Positions 1-9,018 of a stretch of DNA of 62,388 nt are shown in pieces (the stretch's first letter is position 1; the number at the start of each line of letters is the position of its first letter). The stretch spans positions 1 through 62,388 of the forward strand of contig JAGKXC010000003.1 in the NCBI GenBank assembly GCA_021151535.1, given 5' to 3'. The notes under the pieces are model-generated. The model was not told the DNA's origin, searched no databases, and saw nothing but the letters and a program-made list of their open reading frames with translations. Both the position numbers and the translations under genes were made by a program. Source of the DNA: Sphingobacteriia bacterium (GTDB lineage Bacteria > Bacteroidota > Bacteroidia > NS11-12g > UBA955).

Positions 1-1496
1 GCAATACTTTGGTTTTTTTCCTTGCTTAATGCTACCATCAAACCGTTGTACTGTTTTAAAATCATGCCCAAGCCATATACTTGGGTGAGCTGCATTCGGT
101 GAAATTTTCTTCTCTCATCTTCCAGAATTTCCTCCAAATCTTTGGATTTGGGTTGCGCATCAAAAAACTGAGTAATGCGGAAATCACTGATGATATTTTG
201 GGCCCGAATTGGGGTAATTAACACCATGCCATCGAGTGATGTACAACGTGAAAGTGCCACATAAACCTGACCTGGAGCAAAACTCTTTCCTGCATCAATC
301 ATGGCTTTCTCAAAGGTTAAACCTTGGCTTTTGTGAATGGTGATCGCCCAAGCCAAACGAACGGGGAATTGCTCAAACGACCCCATTTCTTCCTGTTCAA
401 CGCTTTGTTTTTCAGCGTCGTACGTGTACTTTAAATTCTTCCAAGTTTCTTTCCCAATTTCCAATTCTGGCGCCCCATCGTTGCAATCAACCCATATTTT
501 ATCATTGGTGATTTTGGTGAGTTTGCCAATTTTTCCATTGAAGTAGCGGCGTTCCCAGGAGGAATCGTTTTTCACGAACATCACTTGGGCGCCTACTTTT
601 AAACGCAAAATGCCTTCCGTTGGGAAACTGGTTTCATTGAATTCTCCAGCTACTTTGGCCACGAATTTCAATTCTGCTTCTTCCAATGCGAGCAATTCTT
701 GCTCATTGATAGCTTCTGCTTGTTTATTGTGCGTGGTTAATGTAATCCAACCCGGTTCGTTGGGTTTGAAATCCGGTTGAACCCTTTCGGCCAAATTTTC
801 GTAATCCCAACTTTCCATGCTGTTGCTGCGGATTTGGTTCAATAGAGAAATAAATCCGCGGTCTTGCTGACGGTAAACCTTTGATAATTCAATGGTTACG
901 GGGTTGAGGTGCTGATATATTTTAGAAGAAAAGAAGAATTCAGAAGTGTAATATTGTTGGAGTAGGGGACGTTCGTACTCGGTAATAACTGGAGGCAGCT
1001 GAAATAAATCGCCAATCATCAATAATTGCACACCGCCAAATGGCGCGCCGTTGTTGCGGGTAAATCTTAAAGAAAGGTCAATGGCATCCAAAATATCGGC
1101 TCTTACCATGGAAATTTCATCAATAACCAGTAATTCCATGGCTTGGAACAGATCCCTTTTCACTTTTGGATAGTGGAAATGTTCGCGAATCATAGGGATA
1201 TTATTGGCCATGTTGGGATCGCAAGGTTCTTGCGTAGGCAGGAATGCACGGGTTGGCAAACCAAACATAGAGTGGATGGTGCTCCCGCCCGCGTTGATTG
1301 CCGCGACGCCAGTAGGTGCCACAACCACCGTTTTTTTAAGGGTTTGGCTTAGCAGTTTTTTCAGGAAAGTGGTTTTACCTGTACCCGCTTTACCGGTTAA
1401 AAACACGGATCTGTTGGTATCGTTCACAAAGCGATAGGCCAAGTCGTACTCGGGGTTTTCCGAATTTTCGGGCGATATATTTTCCGGTTTTTTCAA
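1..1496 (-). CDS. PIF1/RecD-like SF1B helicase (AAA family ATPase), 3'-truncated by the window edge
   Basis: Not in the ORF track. Manual translation from TTG at 1496 (in-frame TAG at 1502-1500) gives LKKPEN...VFLTGKAGTGKTT (Walker A), APTGVAA, TIHS, DEISM, IGDLFQLPPV, YRQQD and QFPVRLAWAITIHKSQGLTF. Confidence 0.9.
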   Translation of the reverse strand, partial: MKKPENISPENSENPEYDLAYRFVNDTNRSVFLTGKAGTGKTTFLKKLLSQTLKKTVVVAPTGVAAINAGGSTIHSMFGLPTRAFLPTQEPCDPNMANNIPMIREHFHYPKVKRDLFQAMELLVIDEISMVRADILDAIDLSLRFTRNNGAPFGGVQLLMIGDLFQLPPVITEYERPLLQQYYTSEFFFSSKIYQHLNPVTIELSKVYRQQDRGFISLLNQIRSNSMESWDYENLAERVQPDFKPNEPGWITLTTHNKQAEAINEQELLALEEAELKFVAKVAGEFNETSFPTEGILRLKVGAQVMFVKNDSSWERRYFNGKIGKLTKITNDKIWVDCNDGAPELEIGKETWKNLKYTYDAEKQSVEQEEMGSFEQFPVRLAWAITIHKSQGLTFEKAMIDAGKSFAPGQVYVALSRCTSLDGMVLITPIRAQNIISDFRITQFFDAQPKSKDLEEILEDERRKFHRMQLTQVYGLGMILKQYNGLMVALSKEKNQSI

Positions 1497-1503
1497 GGCC
1501 TAA

Positions 1504-3498
1504 TTAGAAATTGATCAATTCGTTAAGTGTTTCTTTCAGGCGATTCCAAGGAAGAAAATGATCTTCTAGTGATTTTGCCAACGGAACGGGGGTATCCAAA
1601 CTCCCTAAACGTTTTACAGGCGCATCCAAGTAAGTGAATGCATTTTCAGAAATCCAAGCGGCGATATCGGAGGCGATGCTTCCCGTAATGGTGTCTTCAG
1701 TAAGTACAAGCACTTTGCCCGTTTCTTTGATTTGTTCCAAAACGGTTTCTTTATCCCAAGGAAGTAGGGTTCTTAGGTCGATAATTCTGCATGGGAATTG
1801 GTTTTCCTTACAAATTTCGATGGCTTTATGAACGCCCCAACCATAAGTAACGATACAAACTTCATCACCCAAATTATGCACTACTGCTTTTCCTTCTTCA
1901 ATGGCATAGGGCGATTCGGGTACTGCCGCATTAATGCTTCGATAGAGGTATTTGTGTTCAAAGAATAGCACGGGGTTTGGGTCTTCTAAGGCGCGCAATA
2001 AAAGGCCTTTGGCGTCTGCTGGATTGGAAGGGTAATATATTTTTAGGCCGGGCACATGATAGAACCATGCTTCGGTACTTTGTGAGTGGAAGGGCCCGGC
2101 CTGAACGCCGGCGCCGGTAGGCATTCGCACTACCACATCGGCGCATTGCCCCCAACGGTAATGGCTCTTGGCCAGATTGTTCACAATCTGGTTGTAGCCA
2201 CAGGTAACAAAATCAGCAAATTGCATCTCCACAACGGCCTTCTGTTTGGCAATGCTCAAACCATAACCGGCGCCGAGGATAGAACTTTCTGTGATGGGGG
2301 TATTCCTAACCCTGTCTTTGCCGAATTTCTCTAAAAACCCTTCCGTAACTTTAAAAACTCCGCCATATTCGGCAACATCCTGTCCCATGATAACCGCTTG
2401 CGGATGCCTTTCCATTCCTTGCCATAAAGCTTCCCTAATGGCATCTACCAAACGCAGTTCCCGCGATGCTTCAGGCGCACTTTGATAAAGTGGGAGCCCA
2501 TCAAACGCATCGCCCGATAATGGCGCGTACATATCGGAAAGCTCCTCTTCTAAATTGGGTTCTACTTCAGGTTCTGCAAAAACTTGCTCCAACCCCAATT
2601 CAATTTCTTGAATCATCTCCGCCCGGTAATTGGCTATCAATGTGGGGGTTAAAACCCCTATATTTAATAAATACTGTTCAAAATTCTCAACCGGATCCTT
2701 TTTGGCCCATTCTTCAAACAAATGCGGTGGTACGTATTTAACACCAGAGGCTTCCTCATGTCCGCGCATTCTGAAGGTTAAACATTCCAACAGCACCGGG
2801 CGGGGGTTTTCTCTCATTGATTGTGAAAGCTTTGTAACGGTGCTGTACACTTCTAATATGTTATTGCCATCTACTTGTACGGCTTCCATGCCGTAGCCAA
2901 TGCCTTTATCGATGAATTGTTTGCATCGAAATTGTTCATTTCCAGGGGTGCTTAGGCCATAGCCGTTATTTTCGATGAGAAATATCACAGGCAATTGCCA
3001 CACTGCGGCCACGTTCATGGCTTCATGGAAATCCCCTTCGCTCGTTCCTCCATCGCCCGAAAAAACCAGGGTTACTTTATTTCTTTGGTTGAGTAAATTC
3101 GACAATGCAATGCCGTTGGCCACGCCCAGCATGGCCCCGAGATGGGAAATCATGCCTACAATCGAATATTCGTTGGTTCCGAAGTGAAAGCTTCGCTCTC
3201 TACCTTTGGAAAATCCGCTTTTTTTGCCTTGCCACTGGGCAAATAATTTGGCAAATGGGATTGATCGGGTAGTGAAAACGCCTAGATTTCGGTGTAAAGG
3301 AAGGATGTATTCATCGGTGTCGAGGGCCATGGTTGCGCCCACAGCAATCGCTTCTTGACCAATGCCACTGAACCATTTTCCTACTTTCCCTTGGCGAAGG
3401 AGTACCAGCATTTTGTCTTCAATGATGCGCGGTTTTAAAATTCCGCGATACAAACTCAGTAATTCTGCCTCGGTAAATTCAAATTTGCTGTAATCCAT
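1504..3498 (-). CDS. 2-oxoisovalerate (branched-chain 2-oxoacid) dehydrogenase E1, fused alpha+beta subunits
   Basis: TPP-binding GDGG...EGDFHE...ENN motif, FRMRGHEE, beta part GQDVAEYGGVF, NTPITE, GPFHSQ. ATG at 3498 (MDYSKF) is preferred over the ORF-track start at 3543. Confidence 0.9.
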   Translation of the reverse strand: MDYSKFEFTEAELLSLYRGILKPRIIEDKMLVLLRQGKVGKWFSGIGQEAIAVGATMALDTDEYILPLHRNLGVFTTRSIPFAKLFAQWQGKKSGFSKGRERSFHFGTNEYSIVGMISHLGAMLGVANGIALSNLLNQRNKVTLVFSGDGGTSEGDFHEAMNVAAVWQLPVIFLIENNGYGLSTPGNEQFRCKQFIDKGIGYGMEAVQVDGNNILEVYSTVTKLSQSMRENPRPVLLECLTFRMRGHEEASGVKYVPPHLFEEWAKKDPVENFEQYLLNIGVLTPTLIANYRAEMIQEIELGLEQVFAEPEVEPNLEEELSDMYAPLSGDAFDGLPLYQSAPEASRELRLVDAIREALWQGMERHPQAVIMGQDVAEYGGVFKVTEGFLEKFGKDRVRNTPITESSILGAGYGLSIAKQKAVVEMQFADFVTCGYNQIVNNLAKSHYRWGQCADVVVRMPTGAGVQAGPFHSQSTEAWFYHVPGLKIYYPSNPADAKGLLLRALEDPNPVLFFEHKYLYRSINAAVPESPYAIEEGKAVVHNLGDEVCIVTYGWGVHKAIEICKENQFPCRIIDLRTLLPWDKETVLEQIKETGKVLVLTEDTITGSIASDIAAWISENAFTYLDAPVKRLGSLDTPVPLAKSLEDHFLPWNRLKETLNELINF

Positions 3499-3581
3499 AA
3501 AATTTCTCAATCTCAAAAGTGCCCGATTTACAGGGCATTGCACTTGTTTTGATGATAATCTTCACAATTTTACATTTTTAT

Positions 3582-3609
3582 TTGCAACCTTTACAAATGT
3601 GCGCGTCAT
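3582..3609 (+). promoter_or_regulatory. ECF sigma-type promoter (-35 GCAACC, -10 CGTC), probably autoregulatory
   Basis: TTGCAACCTTTacaaatgtgcgCGTCAT ends 14 nt before the ECF sigma start. It fits the general AAC...CGT ECF consensus, and an identically spaced copy lies at 51019-51046. Confidence 0.7.
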
Positions 3610-3623
3610 AAATACGAATCAAC

Positions 3624-4178
3624 TTGTTAACAAATGAGGAAATCATAGAAGGATGCATTCGCAAGGACAGGCAAGCTCAACGGGCACTGTATGAAAAATA
3701 TGCCCCGAAAATGCTGAGTTTCTGCCGCCGTTACAGCGATCATTCTCAAGAAGCCCAAGATTTGTTACAAGATGGATTCATCAAGGTCTTTGACAGTATC
3801 GCATCGCTAAAAAATCACTCCCAATTAGAAGGGTGGATGACGCGCGTGTTTATCAATCTAGCACTTTCTCGTTTTAGAAAAAGGCAAAACGGTCCACAGT
3901 TTACAGATGTAGAAGTGGCTGAAGCAGTTTCTGAAGAAGATGAGATGATTGATAATCAGCCGCTGAGTTTAAAAGAAGTGATGGCATGCTTGCAAATGGT
4001 TCCTGAAAAATATCGCATGGTTTTAAATATGTATGCGATTGATGGATTGAGCCACCGGGAAATTGCTGAATGGTTACAAACCACAGAAAGCAATACCAAA
4101 AGCATGTTGAGCAGAGCGAGAAAGATGTTAAAAGACATTGTAGAACAAACTAGAAAAAACAACACTGGAAAACAGTAA
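3624..4178 (+). CDS. RNA polymerase ECF-type sigma-70 factor
   Basis: 184 aa. Region 2: AQDLLQDGFIKVF...LEGWMTRVFIN. Region 4: YRMVLNMYAIDGLSHREIAEWL...SMLSRARKML. Confidence 0.95.
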   Translation: MLTNEEIIEGCIRKDRQAQRALYEKYAPKMLSFCRRYSDHSQEAQDLLQDGFIKVFDSIASLKNHSQLEGWMTRVFINLALSRFRKRQNGPQFTDVEVAEAVSEEDEMIDNQPLSLKEVMACLQMVPEKYRMVLNMYAIDGLSHREIAEWLQTTESNTKSMLSRARKMLKDIVEQTRKNNTGKQ

Positions 4179-5601
4179 AAAACATATCGACGAATGGTTA
4201 AGAGATCAGGTAGAGGTGTCTGATTTCGACGCAATGCTTCCGGCTCCTTGGGAGGCGTTAGAAGCAGCCATGGATCGTAAAGAACGCCAGCGGAAAAGTT
4301 TCATATGGTATAGTATTGCCGCTGGCGTTCTGGTTGTTTTGATGGGTTCTGTGTTTGCTTATTTGAATCACAAACCTGCGCATGTGGCGAATTCTCAGCC
4401 GGCGAAATCAGGTGAATCTCAACATACTCAAAATACTACAAGTGCAAATCAGTCTGCTGTTTCAGGAAATGCAACATCAGAAAATGCAGTTGTAGACAAT
4501 AGCGTTTCGGGCGATGCTCCGTTAACCGAATCCAATACAAATAATTCTAATTTAAGCGAGGCTGCATCTGCTCTTAATACTAATCCAGTGCAGAAGATTG
4601 CAAATTCTTCACCAGCGCAGAAGACTGCTTTAAAAACTAGTCCTGTTTCGCCAAATAACAATCCAATAGCAATTAAGGTATCATCGCCAGTTGCACCGAT
4701 ATTGGAATCTACACTTCCAATGTTGGTATCTGCAGATTTGAAGTCGCAAGAGATTTTAAGTAAAGGTTTGCTATATATGGTGGTTGAACCAATGGTTTTA
4801 GGTGAGGAATTAGTGGCAGAAAACCAATTGAGATCTGCGGCTAAATCGCCAGCATTTGAAGGGGCTCAGCAGGATCCTAATAAAGTATTGGGCTCATGGT
4901 TAATGGAAATTAGTGCAGATCAAAACCAAACGGGATTAACGTATTCACCTAACCAAAACTGGGGTGATTACGTGCACAAGAATTATTTCAAACACATGAA
5001 AGAGGGTGAGTTTGCATTGAATGGCGCGCGAGTTCATGTGGCAATTATGAAGCAAATTACGCCGCACAGCTATGTGAAAGCGGGTATTGCATGGGCGCAA
5101 AACAGAACAGCACAACATTTTAATTTTATGGATAGCATGCCTGCTGTGGTTTCGGCCAATCAACAGGCAGATGTATATGGGAATTATCCAATTTTCGGAT
5201 ATTTATCGCCAGGACCTAAAGTACAATTCGACGGAAAAACCCAGTATCAATGGATTTCATTGCCTGTGGGTTGGGTAGGGAATTATACCATTGGTAAGAA
5301 TTGGGCGATTTCTCCGGAAATAGTAATTCAACCCAATAAAATTAGTTTAACTACAAATTCCAAAACCTTAGATTATCAAACTTTGCAATTGAAAGATTTG
5401 AATGCAAATGATTATCGCAGTTGGGTTTGGGGAGCGCGTTTAGCGGTAGGGTTGGAAAAAAGATTGAACTATGCCAACGCTGTAGGTTTGCGGATGAATA
5501 CGCAAGGTTTGGTTCAATCCATGAACTTGAAAAATAGTCCTGTTCAGTCTCGTGGCTGGAATATGGGATTGTCGGTTTACTATGTTGTACGAATAGATTA
5601 A
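4165..5601 (+). CDS. Putative anti-sigma factor: short cytoplasmic N-terminus, TM helix, low-complexity linker, C-terminal outer-membrane beta-barrel (PorT/OMP-like)
   Basis: Directly follows the ECF sigma. Contains a P..WEALEAAMD motif, a TM segment (FIWYSIAAGVLVVLMGSVFAYL), an S/N/A/P-rich linker and amphipathic strands ending WNMGLSVYYVVRID. The frame is open upstream to a CTG at 4165; the ORF track starts at GTG 4216. Confidence 0.7.
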   Translation: MENSKKHIDEWLRDQVEVSDFDAMLPAPWEALEAAMDRKERQRKSFIWYSIAAGVLVVLMGSVFAYLNHKPAHVANSQPAKSGESQHTQNTTSANQSAVSGNATSENAVVDNSVSGDAPLTESNTNNSNLSEAASALNTNPVQKIANSSPAQKTALKTSPVSPNNNPIAIKVSSPVAPILESTLPMLVSADLKSQEILSKGLLYMVVEPMVLGEELVAENQLRSAAKSPAFEGAQQDPNKVLGSWLMEISADQNQTGLTYSPNQNWGDYVHKNYFKHMKEGEFALNGARVHVAIMKQITPHSYVKAGIAWAQNRTAQHFNFMDSMPAVVSANQQADVYGNYPIFGYLSPGPKVQFDGKTQYQWISLPVGWVGNYTIGKNWAISPEIVIQPNKISLTTNSKTLDYQTLQLKDLNANDYRSWVWGARLAVGLEKRLNYANAVGLRMNTQGLVQSMNLKNSPVQSRGWNMGLSVYYVVRID

Positions 5602-5648
5602 TCGAAAAAGTGAAGAAAAATAGTTTCATATGGTATAACTTGCAGAAA

Positions 5649-8096
5649 ATGAATCGTTCAACGCTATTGGTTGTGCTATTGTTTCTCTGCAGTCTTTCGA
5701 AGGCGCAGGTGTTACAACCTATGGGCCCGGCATTGCCAGGTAAGGTTGTAGCATCTTTTGCTTCGGGGAACGATTATTTGGCGCTTTTCGATGAAATTAC
5801 TACAACCGAGAAAAATGATTTTACTTTAGCGAGATGGAATGGAGTTTATTGGAAATACTATCCCGGATTAACTACGCCACCTCCTGTTACCACTACAAAT
5901 GGTACATATAATTTTCATTCAGTAGCTTTATTTAGAGATACCATTTATGCCGCTGCTTACATTGCAGATGCACAAAGAGATGCAGAAGTTCCTATTTCTC
6001 ATTTGTATAAGTGGAATGGCGTGAAATGGGTTCCTGAAATTGGTGTGGTAGATACTCGAAACAATGGAATTATTTCCATGACCGTATTTGATGATAAGCT
6101 AATCGTTGCAGGATTGTTTTCGAATACTGTAGATGGGAATCCTGTTCAGAATATTGCTGCATATGACGGAACCAAGTGGACGTATCTCGGAAATAACAGC
6201 ACAGATCAAGGAACAAATGGTGTAATTAAGAGTTTGGCAGTAGCAGGAAATCGCTTGTATATAGCGGGTGATTTCAATAAGTTTTGTGGTACCACAACGG
6301 GTAACATTGCCTATTATACTGCTGCAAATGGCGGTTGGGGTGGAATTGGAAGTCCGTTCAACGGCGAAATTATGGAGCTCACATCGTATGATGGGAAATT
6401 GGCAGCATTGGGATTAAATAACAGCATAAAAACAATCAATATTTTTCAAGGTACATGGGGCGATGCCTTACAAGTTGATACTTTTAGTACCTTTAATCCG
6501 GTAACCATTGCTGGCGCTGGTAAAAACCTGCTCATTGGTGGAACTTTTGTAAAAAATGGTGCGGGAACTACGTTGTTAACCTTTGATGGTGTGGCATTTG
6601 GATTAACTGGAAACAGAATTGTGGGTTCATTTTCTTTAGGACAACGCGGTAACCAACCGTTCATTTGGGGGAATTTTACTGAATCCAATACCGGTATTCG
6701 TAATTTCTCCAGAATAGAAGTAGAAGCTGGAAATTTGTATGGTGATGTGTATTACGATTTGAATACCAATTGCTTGAAAGATGACAATGAAATTGGTTTG
6801 CGTGGCATAATGGTGAGGTTGATGAATAAAGTTACAGGTGTTTCTTATTTTACTGTAACCGATAGTTCTGGCAGATTCTCTACCGCCTTGCCAACTGGCG
6901 ATTACAATATTTACATTTCTCCTGGCAAATATTTGGGTTCATCTTGTATCGCCAATTCTTCTGCAAGAATTAGAGCGGGTGTATATTCTTCTATTTCAAT
7001 GGGATATTATCAGTATCCATCCATTGTGGATGTTTCGGTGAAATCATTTTCTATCATCCCTAACTCTGTAAAGCCAGGTAGTGAAATGAAGGTGATTGTA
7101 CTGGTGAAAAATCACGGAGCATTGCCGCTTTCTGCAGGTACTATCCAATTGATTCATCCATCCAGATTAACCGGTTTTGTTTCTAATCCTCCTGCTGATA
7201 ATTATAATGGAACCGAAGCTACCTATGCATTGAATGGTTTGCCAGCATTTACCGAAAAAGCATTTGAAATCACTTTGAGCTTACCAACAGATGCCGCTGA
7301 AGATGAGTTATTTGATGTGCAATTGAAAACAGGTTCATTGTTGACCTCCTCTGATCAAGATTTGTCTGATAATTCTGATACAGTTTCATTGAGTCTTGCG
7401 AGAAGATCTGGTTCAGGAGCAGTGGTTAAAACTAGTACTGATGGAGCTAAAATTGATTATCAACGCAAGAAATGGAAGTATCGTGTTGATTTTACCAACG
7501 TGAGTGCTGAGTTTGTGAAGCGTACTGTAATGATCGATACTATCGATTCGAAACTGCCTTTACAAAGAATTAATGTAACCGGTTTTTATCCTGCACAAAC
7601 CAAATTAAGCATGCAACAAGGTCGAATTTTGGTGGTAGATTTCCCAACTGCAAATCTTTCGGCTTATGAAGCTAATCCTAGTCAGGCAGTAGGTTTTGTA
7701 GAATATGAAGTGGAATTAATTAACCAATTGACTATTGGTACCCAAGTGAAAAATGTTGCTTACGTGGATTTTGATAGCAAATGGATCGATCATTCTGCCA
7801 ATTGTTTAGTGAAGTTAGATGACTTAACCGCTGCAGAGAAATTTAATAAGCAGTCGCATTTCAGTATTTCTCCAAATCCAAGCAAAGGAGTCTTCCAGGT
7901 TGCAGGAAAAGATGCTTATGCTCAGTCATTGTTACAACAATCACAAGATTTGGGTTGGATGGCATATGATGTATTGGGTAGAGAAGTGGCAAAAGGATCC
8001 TTACAGTCTCAAAAGATAGACTTAAGCCACCTCAACAACGGATTGTATTCCGTTAAGATTGGACCTGAATCTATGATGATTCAGATTTTAAAGTAA
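5649..8096 (+). CDS. T9SS type A CTD secreted protein (beta-propeller-like repeats, SdrD-B-like and DUF11/CARDB-like Ig domains)
   Basis: Signal peptide from ATG 5649. Repeated LIVAGLF/LYIAGDF/LLIGGTF and W(N/D)GxxW units; GDVYYDLNTNCLKDDNE...TDSSGRF; C-terminal ISPNPS...YDVLGREV...IDLSHLNNGLYSVKI. Confidence 0.8.
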   Translation: MNRSTLLVVLLFLCSLSKAQVLQPMGPALPGKVVASFASGNDYLALFDEITTTEKNDFTLARWNGVYWKYYPGLTTPPPVTTTNGTYNFHSVALFRDTIYAAAYIADAQRDAEVPISHLYKWNGVKWVPEIGVVDTRNNGIISMTVFDDKLIVAGLFSNTVDGNPVQNIAAYDGTKWTYLGNNSTDQGTNGVIKSLAVAGNRLYIAGDFNKFCGTTTGNIAYYTAANGGWGGIGSPFNGEIMELTSYDGKLAALGLNNSIKTINIFQGTWGDALQVDTFSTFNPVTIAGAGKNLLIGGTFVKNGAGTTLLTFDGVAFGLTGNRIVGSFSLGQRGNQPFIWGNFTESNTGIRNFSRIEVEAGNLYGDVYYDLNTNCLKDDNEIGLRGIMVRLMNKVTGVSYFTVTDSSGRFSTALPTGDYNIYISPGKYLGSSCIANSSARIRAGVYSSISMGYYQYPSIVDVSVKSFSIIPNSVKPGSEMKVIVLVKNHGALPLSAGTIQLIHPSRLTGFVSNPPADNYNGTEATYALNGLPAFTEKAFEITLSLPTDAAEDELFDVQLKTGSLLTSSDQDLSDNSDTVSLSLARRSGSGAVVKTSTDGAKIDYQRKKWKYRVDFTNVSAEFVKRTVMIDTIDSKLPLQRINVTGFYPAQTKLSMQQGRILVVDFPTANLSAYEANPSQAVGFVEYEVELINQLTIGTQVKNVAYVDFDSKWIDHSANCLVKLDDLTAAEKFNKQSHFSISPNPSKGVFQVAGKDAYAQSLLQQSQDLGWMAYDVLGREVAKGSLQSQKIDLSHLNNGLYSVKIGPESMMIQILK

Positions 8097-8097
8097 A

Positions 8098-8994
8098 CTA
8101 TAAATATTTCTTTGCGATTTTGTAAATATTGGGCTCTTGATTTTGGCTCAATTTAGATTCAATGTCTGCCATGATTTCCTTCATGGGTAAATGTTTCATT
8201 TTTTCGCGTTGAACAATTTTATAAATTTTATCGGCCAGGAGTTGTTTGTATCTGAACTGTTTTTTGGCGATTTGCGCATGTCTTTGAATGGCATCTGACA
8301 GTATTTCAATGCCCGTAGATTGCGTTGCAACCGTTTGAACTACTGGGGTCTCCCAATTTTCTTTGCTTCGTGTATGGGCCAATTGTTTTAAGTGGTTGGC
8401 AAAAGTTTCCGCACCCTCTCTATCACTTTTGTTCACCACAAAAATATCTGCTATTTCCATGATGCCACTTTTTAAGGTTTGCACTTCATCGCCACTTTCC
8501 GGAACAGAAACCACCACAGTAGTATCAGCAATACCTGCAATTTCAATTTCACTTTGTCCTACGCCTACCGTTTCAATCACAATGAAATCAAAGCCAGCAT
8601 GTTTTAAAACATCGGTAATTTCAATAATAGCAGTAGATAAACCGCCCAATGAACCGCGAGAAGACACACTTCTAATGAACACGTTTTCATGAAGAAAAAG
8701 GCCCGGCATCCGCAATCTATCGCCTAAAAGAGAACCCAAATTAAAGGGCGATGATGGGTCAACTGCAACGATGGCTGTTTTATAGCCCAATGAACTCCAA
8801 TGCAATACCAACGCATTTACCAAAGAACTTTTACCGGCACCCGGAGGGCCTGTAAATCCCACAACTTTGGAATTCCCGTTGAGGTTTTCTAACAATTCAG
8901 CGGCTTTAGGATGCTGATTTTCAACCCATGAAATGGCTCTGGCGATGCTGCGTTCATCTCCACTGGCTATGCTATCTGGGGTAGGTTGAAACAT
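8098..8994 (-). CDS. meaB: Methylmalonyl-CoA mutase-associated GTPase MeaB (ArgK family)
   Basis: GFTGPPGAGKS, AVDPSSP, GSLLGDRLRM, IETVGVGQSE, VVNKSD. Confidence 0.93.
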   Translation of the reverse strand: MFQPTPDSIASGDERSIARAISWVENQHPKAAELLENLNGNSKVVGFTGPPGAGKSSLVNALVLHWSSLGYKTAIVAVDPSSPFNLGSLLGDRLRMPGLFLHENVFIRSVSSRGSLGGLSTAIIEITDVLKHAGFDFIVIETVGVGQSEIEIAGIADTTVVVSVPESGDEVQTLKSGIMEIADIFVVNKSDREGAETFANHLKQLAHTRSKENWETPVVQTVATQSTGIEILSDAIQRHAQIAKKQFRYKQLLADKIYKIVQREKMKHLPMKEIMADIESKLSQNQEPNIYKIAKKYL

Positions 8995-9018
8995 GTTTCA
9001 AAGATGGTAAATTCTTTT

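Noticed and set aside
1504-3498. Fusion of E1 alpha and beta subunits
   Set aside because: This is the common arrangement in Bacteroidota, not novel.
8098-8994. meaB without an adjacent methylmalonyl-CoA mutase
   Set aside because: Scattered pathway genes are normal in this phylum.
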